A stretch of DNA of 64,000 bases from Asterias rubens (lineage: Eukaryota): positions 12,648,001 through 12,712,000 of the forward strand of contig NC_047078.1 of assembly GCF_902459465.1 (NCBI RefSeq), in the 5' to 3' direction. Both the position numbers and the translations under genes were made by a program. The first letter of the stretch is position 1, and every line of letters begins with the position of its first letter. The notes under the pieces were generated by a model. It was not told the origin of the DNA. It was given only the letters and a program-made list of their open reading frames with translations, and searched no databases. This document shows positions 47,677 through 59,355 of this stretch, one piece after another.

Positions 47677-50600
47677 CTACTTCTCTAGTAGTATCTCATC
47701 TATCCGATCTTTGAGTGGTTCACAAACTTTTCGGTAGCCTTCCTTGGTAAGATGCAGGTAATCAAACATATCTAAGTGGCTTATCCTACCGTCTTCTTGG
47801 ATGAAATCACTGGAGGCATCAAACAGCTCCGCTGTAGGGTACTTCTTAGGTTTGGTATTGAGGAGGCTGCCTAGGGAGTCATTGATGATCTTGAGTTTGT
47901 CTCGGAGTCTGTTGGGATATCTGCCTCGTGGTAAAACACCCTAAGAGGAAGCAATGGTAGACACAATATATTACTGGTACAACTCATACATACATACACA
48001 CAACAGAGTATTTATAAAGCGCCTTCTCATCAAAATCAAAGTGCTGAAAATAGCAAAACCAAAGGAACTAAACTACAACATAATACATATGATACAAATA
48101 AGTTTTAATGACAAAAAAAATCCTGGGTTTTGGTATTATCCCATGGTATTTATTTTTGGAACCTCAACCCCAAATGTTAGTGTGGAATATAGTCGTCAAA
48201 ATGTAGTCCTAAAGTAGTAAAACAAACCCGATGAAGTCAAACTGAGCCAAGAGGTTAATATTGAGACCATGTACCGTGGTTTGTCAGCTAAATACACCAG
48301 CAGTTAACTGTGCAATAGCTTTTTACTATCTGCTGCATGCTGCATGTGCATAATGTTTGCATGTAACTGTAATCAAATGTAATGTGTGTGTACACATGTG
48401 AATGGATGCGAGGTCAAAGGTACATCTGGCAGGATCTCGCCAGGTTCTCATGGCTGGTATCTGACATTATTCAAGAGCCCCAAAGTGTGACGTCAGAAGT
48501 CCGGCTACCTCACGGTCTTTAACCAAACACAAACAAATCCCAAGATAAAATCTGAGTAAAGTTTGCAAAACAATGGCTTTGATTATATTGCTTTATAAAG
48601 AAGTGCAATGCAGCGTTTCTTTTTTTTTTAGAATTGGGATGAAAAAAAAACTCTGATCCCAAGACAACAGAGTAACACCTGTTTCAGACAGGTGCACCAG
48701 AGTCGCGCCTAACCAAATACATAAGGAGCGACTCCAGGTCGACCCAAATAAATTTTGGCTTCAGACAGGCAACATTAACAGAACATTTACTATGGCATCA
48801 GCTCAAGACAAGATCGTCGTCTGAAACCAAGTCGCTCCAGAGTTGTTCCGAACGACTACAACAGCCGATCTTTCAATTTCTAGCGAGTCCAGTCGCCCCT
48901 TACTGTTTCAGATGTTGGATATTTCATGTACTTAATTCATAATTTGGTTTGGCGTGACTCTGGAGCGCCTGTCAAGAAGTTTACATGTAAGATGTAGAAA
49001 GCTACTTACCATGACTATTAGTCGTGCTGATGGGATCTTATCTGTGGTGTATTTGATGATGGCTTCAATCCCACCAAATGTCTCTTCCGCGGTGTGGTCG
49101 TGATTATTGGTCCCTACCAACAACACAATCACCTGTTGGGAACATAATGTACACAAAAACTTGTCACCATTAGCCCGGTTCATACTTCCTGCACATGCTT
49201 CGTGCGAAGCCAATTTCACTGCATCACAAAGGGAAATGGAGCGCGTACCGAGTGTTGCGTCACCAAAATTCGCTTCGCATTCGCAGAGTATGAACAGGGC
49301 TTAGGTAGGATTGGAAACTTTGCATGGTGGAAGGATAACTATTAGGGTTTTGCGGTAATAGTATTTGATATATATTTTGAGCAGTGTTGGTTCTGAAAAG
49401 AACCGGTGGTTAACGACTCAACGTTTGGATCAGTATGCTCAGATTATATTCCGGAGAAAGAATATGTCACCTGTTAGTGAAAAAGTCACAGGGCCTTTAG
49501 CCAATGGGCCTGGACTTCGAACAGGTAAAATAGCCCAAGAAAAGGAATAAATCTTAAGACTGAAAATTGTAATAAAAATAACAGTAGCAAAAATTTGGGA
49601 GGCTAATCGTCACAGCTGAGAAGCTGAATTGTTAGGGATGCGGCGTAGTGCTCCAGCTGCATGCCATGAGAGGGCGCCTTTAGCAGCCAGCCACATCGAC
49701 CCATGTACGACCACATAGTACAGCAACATATTAATAATGTGGCTTCTTGTATAGCGCATGTCCGTCACCCAGTGACACTCCTGGCACTGTAACATACAGT
49801 ATTTCCTGCCAGATGAGGGACTACGTTTGAATTATGAGACCTTATCATTTATAGCACCATGTTATGTTTTACAAGGTGCTGTGGCGCAATTTGCTGCCGA
49901 TCGGACCAGGAACATCGGGGCGAACCCCTTCTCACTACGATAAGTGCACCGGGTTCTTTTACATGCACTTAACAACACATGGGACCACCGGCTTTACTGA
50001 AGGACGAAGCATTGTGTTTGAGTCTCTTGTGTTTTGAAACCACACTCTGCTGAACAACAGAGCTTGAGTGCAGTGCTCTTAACCACTAGGCCATGATGCG
50101 TCACATATTAAAAGTGTGTGATAAAAGTTCCTTTTCCTATCAGGAAATGTCTTGAAAAGAATAAGATCACTTTTTTGTAAACAAACATGACATGATGTAT
50201 TGCAGTAGATCATTTCATCCCAACATATTGTTGAGTGATAGTTCTGTAAAAACTCCAAATAAAAGCAGTCCCAGTTAGGTTGCCATTTCTCTAGTCTGCC
50301 AGCTGATGTACTTCTCCATAGCTTAAAATTTCTTTTCAAAATTCAAATTTCTTATGTATTGGTCTTGACTCTAAAATAATCTGTGTAGGCAATGGTTAAG
50401 TTTTGGGAAGCAATGCTCACCTTGGGCTTGATGTTATCTAAGGATCCATTCTGTAAGCGCCATAGTAGATGTTGTGTCTGGTCTCCACCTATTCCAAAAT
50501 TGAGGGAGTGGAGTGGCTCAAACAGCTCATTCCATACCTACGTAAGAATGAAACAAAGTTATTGGTTTGTAGAACTTAATTACATAAAAACGGTCAAATG

Positions 50601-50926
50601 ACCTTTAACTTCTTATAGGTGTACTCCTTGTAGAAGCCTAACATTAAAACAAAAATTAATGACAACCTAAAATGCTTTTCAGAGAGTTGAACTTTCTGAA
50701 TTACTTCTCAAATTATTGCCCTTGCGGTTATCATCATTTGGTGTCATTACACAATTGCTTGCCAATAATGAGCAACTTGGGAGTTGGCTTCTGCAAGGTC
50801 CTCCATGGTGCAGGTGTGATGCAACAAACCACAGTTCAGTAGGTGGTCCATAGTCTGGGGTATGCAGTCGCAGTCTGGTGTCCGTAGGTTTGCAGTTTGC
50901 AGGGCCCAATTTCATGGTTCTGCTTC

Positions 50927-50967
<41 letters not shown>

Positions 50968-53900
50968 GTCGAGCGCCATCTAGAAGCTCGAGCCTGCCCA
51001 GTTGTTCTGCTTACCGTAGGCAAAAATCAGCACTTCTTGAAGCAGGGTATTCTGTGCTTGCCTCTTGTATTTCATGGGTTAGCTGGGAATTTTGGCTTGT
51101 GCAAGTGCGTACTCAAGGCTATTAGGCAAACTTCACTTTACACAGCTACATTAGTGCAGAAACTCAGAATTTGGCGGTAAGCAGGGCCACAACATTGGGC
51201 CCTGCAGCTACAGAATATCCCACTGCTGCAGACCGAGACTGTGGACAAGGACCCCAGATTATGGTAAGCAGCACTTACAGTATGACCTAAAAATACCATT
51301 AAGCAGAAAATATCTGAGAGAACCAACATCAATAGGTCCATTAAAACCCTAACCATGCTAAATGCAATGCACCAACTGGAAATAGTTGTTGTAATATGTT
51401 GCATTTAGCAGTCCACTCAGATGTCATTCTTTGGCTGAATTTGTTGCATTCATCAGTCAAGTGACTTCATATTGGTGTTGCATTTTGTTGTATTTGGCAG
51501 TTGACTTTATTGTATTTGGCAGAGGTCATGGTCCCACTGATAAGCAAAGTCACCACTACACCAATGGTCAGTCCTAACACAAACAACATCCATTGTTACA
51601 TTTTGTTGTATTTGGTATCCGTTCTCATTTCAACTGGGTTCCATTTTGGCAGGGTATGCATAGTACTTACATCATATTGTGTCATTTGCTGAATGATGGA
51701 ATCTCCAACAAAGAGGACCTCTGGTTCTTTCTCATTGGCTTCAGCAACATTATGTTCATGCTATCATAAAAAGAACAACAAATCATTCATTAATGGCTGG
51801 CTAGGTTAAGGTATGGATGAAATTTCTTTCAATTCCAGTCCAAAAATGGGCCTGTATGGTGAAGTAAGTACGTACGCCTAAGTACAGCATCATATCAACT
51901 AGCAATGGCATAACGTCCGTTGATATATCAATAATACTCAAAAACTCGTTATTTTTTTGACATCGAAATCGCCAATGTCACTTTTTTTAATCATATCGAA
52001 ATATCAAATATTTTGATTAATCAAAACCGTCACTGTACCTCCATGCAAAAACAGGCATGCAATTTTTCAGCTGAAAAAAAAAAAACGGAAAATAATGTCC
52101 CATTGATCGCGTAAATTGAAGATTGCCGGCGAGTATTTTTGTCCCTTTTTCATCTGGTTCCGGCCCCGCACCCCCATATACAACAAGCAATAAAACAAAA
52201 GGAGCCAGACAGTGCAGAAAATAGTCTAGAAGGTATGCTGTATGGGGAGAATTGTGTAAAAACCATAGAAATAGAACCCAGAGAATGCTGAGTGTCTCAT
52301 TGTGCGTGCGGTTTCATTGTGAGACCATTTTTATGGACACGCATACGCCATTGTTGTTACGCTTGTGTATGGCAAAATATTTTGCAATACGATGACATCA
52401 TCATTAACCAATGAACACACTCGAAACGGTATATGTGCGCTGATATATTGCCATTTTGCCATACACGCGTCTCATGCGATAATCATTTTGCATACACATG
52501 TATCATACACATGTATCGCGCGGTATCGATGCGCCGCGTCCACAGACGACACAAACGGTGGCCGAGCTCAGCGTTCTCCGGGTTCTATTTATATGGTTAA
52601 ATCTATGGTTTGACACATAAGCCAAACTGTGCATCAACAGTGTAGATGGTATGCTGTACGAGGAGAATTGTGAAGTTTTTGTTCTCGCTGCATATTGGTA
52701 CCTTTGTGTGTAAACAAGCTATACCGGAAACAGGACATTCTCTACTCTACTCTTCGCCTAGTGAGCAGAAGCGGCAACGAAATCGCGTCTTTTCTTTGTT
52801 GGTGGTAGAAAGAAAAAAAAAAAACGGAGAATGGCGGGGCAATGGTGAAGGATCAAGACAAAAATCAGTAAACATAAACCCTTAAATAAACTGTCGGTCT
52901 TCCAGTTTTTTAATCGATTTAATCGATTTAATCGAGTATACTCGATATTGAATTTCCGATTTATCGGTTATTAAAAAAAAAAGTTACATAGACGGACGTT
53001 ACAATGGCACCTCATCAATCATCTTTTGTGCACATAACCAATTTTTAATGCAAAATACGCAAAACACTCTCTACAAAATGATAAAAAAATATTCTGTAGT
53101 TAGCCACACATGTTACAAACATTAGAGGCAATAGACTTCACAGCAGTTGAACCTAGGTAAATCTAAGAAGTTTTTCACGGTCGTACCTGAATTACAATGT
53201 TTTTTTGCTACATTTGCAAACCATTCACACAAACTGAGACTAGAATCCATTTCCAGAGGGTAACACTAACATCCTTTGTTGAAAAAAAACACTCTCAAAA
53301 TGTACTTTCCTGATGGCGTTACATAATAAAACTGGAACAACATCAACCCATTTCTCCTTCCATTTAACCAGATCGCTTCAAAGGAGCAAAACACATGCAA
53401 CACTCTGACAATACGATGGTAACATACACTTCACTTGCATACGTACATGTGTCTGTATAAACCCAGTGGCCAAGATGGGCCAATGAATATTACATATTCT
53501 CATTTGTACCTCCTTTGTGAGGGCACCCAGCATGTACCTCAAAAGACATCAAATGCATCGAAGGTCTATCAGAAACCCCGTGTAATACATGTATCTCCGT
53601 CCATTTATTTTTTAAATTTCTCATGAAAACCTCCCACACAACATAGGCCAGCAACAGTACACTTTTATGTCAATTGACAAATGTAACAACGTAATTAAAG
53701 GCACTGGACAGTGAATACTTTTTTGTAATTGTCAAAGACCAGCATTCTCACTTGGTGTTCATCTCGACAGAATAAAAATAAAAAAACCTGTTAAAATTTG
53801 AGCTCAATTGGTCATTGAAGTTGCACGAAAATATTGAAGGAAAAAACACCTTGCATTTATAAGTTTGTCTGCTTTCAGATGCCTATTAATAGGATTCAGG

Positions 53901-56285
53901 CCTGAAGTATTTTAATGTTTGAGAGAGAAATTACCTCTTTCTCGAAAACAACTTACTTCAGAGGGAGCTGTTTCTCACAATGTTTTATACATGTACATGT
54001 ACTATGAACAGCTCCCCATTGCTAGTTACTAACAAGTAAGTTTTTATGCTAACAATTATTTTGAGTAATTACCAATAGTGTCCAATGCCTTTACTAAACC
54101 TGGTCCCTGATGAATGACATTTGTCTGTAGTTGCACAAAGCAACAGTCCACAAGTTCTTTACAATTCTCTTCAAAAACACACAATAACACAAGGTTAAGC
54201 CAATGTTTTTAGATGCAATTACGGTAAAGGTCCAATACCTTTGTGGCATTTTCAGTAGTTTATTTCAGTCAGTAGCAAGACCTGACTAAATATAAACAAC
54301 CTACATATTGTGACAAACTGTTTAAATTCACACCCGAATCACTTTACACAGACACAACATGTATGTATGTACCTACCTTGTATACTACACTAGCACTGTG
54401 TACAACATTAAATATTTTAGATGTTCATCCTAACATAATTGGCCAGGCTGAACTACACCCACAAGGCACTAGACCACTGGCCAAAAACTTTATCAATTAG
54501 CAGATTATACCTGCTAAGCTAAAACACTGAGCAAGTTCAATGGCCCACTGATTTACATGTAACATAGTTTCCAATGCCTTCTTTTACAATGTGTAAAAAG
54601 CTTACACATCCAAACATCCTTCGCAAACTTTTGAAATGTAAGGTATGCAAAGAAAAGTTTTGAACATTTTTTTGGTCCAGTGAATGATCTGAACTAAAAT
54701 AGTATACATTGTAGCAACATGTACACATAGTATGGAGGCTCACGGTCAGGTGGCTATCAGATCTTAGTTCTTTTACTGCTTTACTACTTTATTTGCTATG
54801 TATAGAGAAACTTTATACCAGGACCTGAGTGAAGTGCAATAGAGACTAGCATCCTACCAGAGCCCGATTTCATGGCTCTGCTTACCGTAGACACAGAATC
54901 AGCGCTTATGGAAGCAGGGAATTATGTGCTTACGGCAAGCATTCACGGGCTAGCGAATTTTGGCTTCTGCGCGTGCGTACAGTACTAGGCATTCTATGCT
55001 TACAAGGTTAGCGCAGAAATTCAGCACTCGCACAGTCATAAGCAGGGAATCGTGATCGTAAGCACAGAATTCAGCGGAAGGCAGAGCCATGAAATTGGGC
55101 CCTGGCCTATAGAGCAGACTGAACTGTGATTAGACATCACTCAATAAGAAGCAAGAAGAGAGAAAATTAACTATCTTTCCTTACTCATTTCCACATAATA
55201 TTATTTCATCCTGGGAAAAGTACAAACTCAACATTGTCGTCACTGAAAACCGAAAGATTATTTTTAGCGTATTCAACAATTTCATCTTCAAAAGAAAAAA
55301 GCTGAAACATTAACGTAAAAGCCATACATTTTATTTCATAGTTCTAATTGAACAACAATCATTTATCTAAAAATCTGTCTCAACAATATAAACCTACCTA
55401 CCAGGGACCAGCCACTAGTTGCTGTTGCTTTTGTTACTTGTATTAAGATGGTTTTAGGCCAGTGTATCTCTTATAAACAAATGTTCAGCCTAATGTACAA
55501 TTCAATTATGTTGAAAGTACCGCTGGGCGAATAGTGAAATTTGGTATACGGTTAACTGTTGGCCAACTATCCGAAATTAACCGGATATTAAACATGCTTT
55601 AAAGTGAGTGCCACGACCGCTAGTATCTAATTAACCTCAATGAGATATCCCTTTTTGTAAAAAATGTGTGAATAAGTGGTGGCGCCATACGGAAAGTTAT
55701 CCAAATTAAATAGTGATAATTTTATGGTTTCCGGTCTTTTCCACTTCATTCAAGTTCCAATTCCAGTGTTTTCCTGTATAATTGTGCTGTGTATTCTGGT
55801 TGTTTTCCGATGTTTTCTTGAAGTTATTCATTGGGTGTTTTCCTGTATTTTTCGGTGTTTTCAGTATTTAGTATGGAAAAGTTTCCGTATGGCGCCACCA
55901 CTTTTTCATTCGATATGAAATAATATAGTATTAATAATTAATAGTATCTAATTTACCTCAATGAGATATCCCTTTTTGTTAAAAAGGGTGGAAAAGTGGT
56001 GGCGCCATACGGAAAGTTATCCTTTAGTATCATCCCAACTCTACTCTAAAAGAAAAATACATGCTGCCTGAGCTGTGTCTTATGTGTGAGACTGAGACTG
56101 TGAGAGTTCAGTGTGAACATGCAACTCACACCCTATGCTCACACTGACTCAAAAATAGTCAAATCCTGCCTGGCCATTTTCATTTTGTTCTCACTTTAAT
56201 TTCTTACCAGATTTATCCATCGCTTGTCTCCTTGAACATCAACCAGGGCCGTCGGAACCGCTGCTGTGTTTGTTTCTGAACTCAT
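47677..56285 (-). CDS. PAFAH1B2: Platelet-activating factor acetylhydrolase IB catalytic subunit (alpha1/alpha2; SGNH hydrolase), 223 aa
   Basis: Exons 56285-56208, 51760-51671, 50537-50421, 49132-49010 and 47940-47677, all phase 0. Motifs VLFVGDS (catalytic Ser), LNFGIGGD, GTNNH, GVLPRG and DMFDYLH (Asp/His). Confidence 0.95.
49170..49301. mobile_element. Palindromic MITE
   Basis: AGCCCGGTTCATACT ... AGTATGAACAGGGCT termini with GCTTCG/CGAAGC internal arms. Confidence 0.6.
49305..49460 (-). mobile_element. Degenerate solo PLE terminal repeat with decayed hammerhead
   Basis: GTAGGATTGGAAACTTTGCATGGTGGAA...GGTTCTGAAAAGAACC...CTCAACGTTTGGATCAGTATGCTC matches 58404-58559. Confidence 0.7.
50929..50967 (+). 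repeat. (CAT)13 microsatellite
   Basis: Direct reading; intronic. Confidence 0.95.
52262..52598. mobile_element. MITE with ~30-bp TIRs
   Basis: CCATAGAAATAGAACCCAGAGAATGCTGAG / CTCAGCGTTCTCCGGGTTCTATTTATATGG. Confidence 0.65.
53695..54094 (+). mobile_element. Kolobok-like MITE
   Basis: Same family as 15663-16048; right TTAA mutated to TTAC. A 3' fragment also lies at 57767-57874. Confidence 0.75.
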
Positions 56286-56910
56286 GCCTAATTTCACTCA
56301 GATCAAATCACCATCAAAAGCATGAAAAAGGGATTTTTTCCAACAAAAATTACACCAACCACAACACCACGTAATTCCCGCGGGTTGACCTCAGTTCTCT
56401 AACCCGGAAGTACAGTTGCAGCATGGGCATGCGTCCATAGACTTCAACCAGTCACTTATTGTTTTGATTTCACTGGGGCTTGTGTGTAGGCTAGGCGTAG
56501 CTGGCACGGAAGAGCGCTATATTTGTTATGCTAAATAGAAGCGAGTTGATCATAATTTGTTTTAATTTGTTTTCATAAATTTTTTATTTAATAGGAAAAT
56601 ATAACTGGTCAAACCTTGCTCTATTTGGTCAAACCGCACACAAACCACCCACACAAATCATCAGCTCCAGAAAAGTAGAGCGGGCGCTATTCTTAACATA
56701 TCTGGGACTGGGACTCAGGGAGGGGCACGGAAGAATGCTCCATTTGTTATGCTAATAGAAGTGAGCTAGTTGATCATAAATAGGAAAATATCAGGTCAAG
56801 GTCAAACCGTACACAAAATTACTAACCACCCACACAAGTCAACGGCTCCAGATAAAGGGTTGTTCTTCTTCCTAGTCTACTCAACCTCTTCACTTGAGCT
56901 AGAGATTGGT
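56286..56910. promoter_or_regulatory. Putative bidirectional promoter (PAFAH1B <- -> FGF-like gene) with ETS motifs and a non-coding + exon donor
   Basis: CCGGAAGT at 56404-56411, further CGGAAG motifs near 56507 and 56728, and a plus-strand G|GTAAGC donor near 56909. The next plus acceptor (59355) directly precedes the ATG at 59356. Confidence 0.5.
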
Positions 56911-58403
56911 AAGCAGTGGTAAGTTGTTAAATATAATATAAATAATGTTATTGTATAGAATAGCCCTGGCCTTGTTGTACTGTAGGACGTCAGTCAGGAG
57001 GAGTCCAACCTGGTGTCTCGGCTACGTTTAGTAATAGTAGTCTACTACTAGTACAGTCGTGACTGTTGTTAGTTGTATTGGTTGTTTATTTGTTAAAAAA
57101 GATAGGCCATGTGACTCTGTGACAGATCATGACATAACAAAAACATATAAATATTGACCATCATCATGACATCATCATGACATCATCATCATCATGAAGA
57201 GTGATGAATTGTTATGTTAGGATTGTTATTTTAATAAGGTAATAATAAAAGGGTAGCGACTAGTTCTTTCACGGCCGTTTAAAACAGCGCAGGGTCAAAT
57301 TGCCGTGTTAGCGCAGGGCAACGACCCTGCAAGGTTTTAAACGGACTTTTAAGAACGAGTCACTACTCTTTTATTCCCATTCATAAATGCCCTTTTGTTA
57401 AAAAATGTACAAAAAATACAATTACAGACACTTTGACAGTTGAAAATTCGAGGTTTGAAATATTTTTTTCAAAAACTTTGTTGTGCGTGGGTTGTTTGTA
57501 TGCGCTCGAGCTTAGAAATAGATTATGGGCATGCGCTTAGAAGTAGATTACGCGCTGTTGTAATAACTATGAATTGCATTCCGCGTGATAATCTTGCGCG
57601 CCTGACACGCTGAAGCCAGCCGGGGTTATAAACACTGGTCATTATCAACCGTTTAAACACCCGCACGTAACGCGCTCTCCACCAATAGGAGTAGAGAAAC
57701 TGTCTGGGTTATTTATGGATGTTATTTATCGGGTGAATCAGGATATTTTATTATTGTAAATATTATAGGGAGCCGTTTCTCACAATTTTTTATACTATCA
57801 ACCTCTCCCCATTACTCTGCACCAACGCTAACAATTATTTTGAGTATTTTACCAATAGTGTCCACTGCCTTTAATGCTACGTTTTTAAAATCGGCGTTGA
57901 TAGGATATGAAAGTTTTACGACCGTTATAGGCGTAAGCCATCAATAACTAAAGTTTCCTTTGTACTACACAACCCAAACTTTCCCCGCACACTCAATATA
58001 GGAATATGTTCAACGCTGTATTTTTTGGTCACCAAGCACTGTACCCCGCAGGTACTAGCCTGCTGGATTGACAAAGTGCCGAGCCACAACCGAGTCGGAC
58101 TAAACCATTCTGTAAAAGGGGTGTTGCGCGGCAGTGCATGTAAGCTATATGCAAGAACGGCGGGCATCGTGAGCAGACAGCGCGCACGCGCTGCTGTGTA
58201 ACACCCTTTTACAGAATGGTTAAGTCCAACTCGGTTCTGGCTTGGCAGTTCAGCAAGCGAGAAGCCTGGTACTCGCTGGCAAAGCGCCGGTGAAAAAAAA
58301 AAATAAAGCATTGAGCATATTGAGAAGTCAAATTACATTTTTTGAAGATGTTTTTTAATTTAACTCAACAAAAAGGCAATACAAGCATTATGAATGTATA
58401 TTG

Positions 58404-59070
58404 AGTAGGATTTGAAACTTTGCATGGTGGAAATAAGATATAGAAGAGTTTGCGGTAACACAATGTAATGTCTATCTCTAAATGAGTTGGGGTGGTTCTG
58501 AAAAGAACCGTTTGGATTAACTCGACGTTTCGATCAGTATCTCTGACCGTCTTCTGGAGAATGCTGGACTCTGATGCTGCATGCTGCTTAAGTACTGGGC
58601 GGCGGATTAGCTTGGTGATGCACGAAGGCGGGAAATACAGGCGGGAAGTTGAACTCGATGATGCGTGGTGAAACCTGTTGTGGAGCCTTGGGTGGTGTGT
58701 GGGGGGTGTGTGCTCACTGAACCGTGTCAGTAGGAACAAGCACAGGGGATAGTGAGGGTGTGGGGCCTAGGTGACTGAGGGTATAGAAGACCCAAAGCAG
58801 TCTAATGGTTGGGGGCCTAGGGGGTGACCGTGGATATAGAAGATCTATTGGTAGGGAGGAGGGGGAGCCAGATGTCGCTGATGTGGAAGCCGATGTCTTG
58901 GGGTACGGTGTCATGCTTGTGGATCTCGGTGGCCTCTCTGATGCGTCTAGGGTGCCACGCCTGGATTGGAGCGATGATTTCTGCTGCTTCCCAATTCACT
59001 TGGTGGTCAGTGATGTGGGAATGCTTGACGATGGCGGATTTATCAAAGTCCCCCCTCCTTCCGTGTACTC
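58404..59070 (-). mobile_element. 5'-truncated Penelope-like retroelement: GIY-YIG endonuclease C-terminus, 3' UTR, hammerhead, terminal repeat
   Basis: KSAIVKHSHITDHQVNWEAAEII...RRIREATEI...DIGFHISDIWLPLL* (stop ends at 58817) is the typical PLE GIY-YIG C-terminus; AATGTATATTGAGTA is duplicated at 58393-58407 and 59071-59085. Confidence 0.88.
58521..58559 (-). ncRNA. Minimal type I hammerhead ribozyme motif (PLE-type, variant core)
   Basis: CTC-CAGAAGA-C-GGTCAG-AGATA-CTGATC-GAAAC-GTC-GAG; helix II is retained through a G-U wobble; same strand as the GIY-YIG ORF. Confidence 0.7.
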
Positions 59071-59355
59071 AATGTATATTGAGTATGTGGGGGAAAGTTT
59101 TGATTGTGTAGTACCATGAAAGGAAGCTTCAGTGATTGGTGGTTAACGGTCGTAAAACTTTCACCTATCAACACCGATTTAAAAAAACATAGTGTTAAGG
59201 AGGCCCAAACTATTAGTTTCTTGAAGAAATTGGAAGATAGATAGATATAGATAATATAGTGAAGTATATTATAGGCCGGGTAAAACCAAATAATCAAAAT
59301 TCGGATTTTGAATACGGGCACATGTATCACAACCAAAGTTGTTTCTGTTTTTCAG

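Larger units (their letters stand above)
57882..59186. mobile_element. Long-IR element (~120-bp inverted arms) hosting nested insertions
   Basis: 57882-58002 is the inverted homologue of 59077-59186; it contains a palindromic MITE (about 58060-58270) and the PLE fragment. Confidence 0.65.

Noticed and set aside
50878-51180. ORF with a 13-His tract (and the overlapping poly-Ser ORF)
   Set aside because: It is a (CAT)13 microsatellite inside a MITE in a PAFAH1B intron, with no splice or homology support.
58805-59119. Plus-strand 104-aa and 95-aa ORFs
   Set aside because: Antisense shadows of the PLE GIY-YIG frame.
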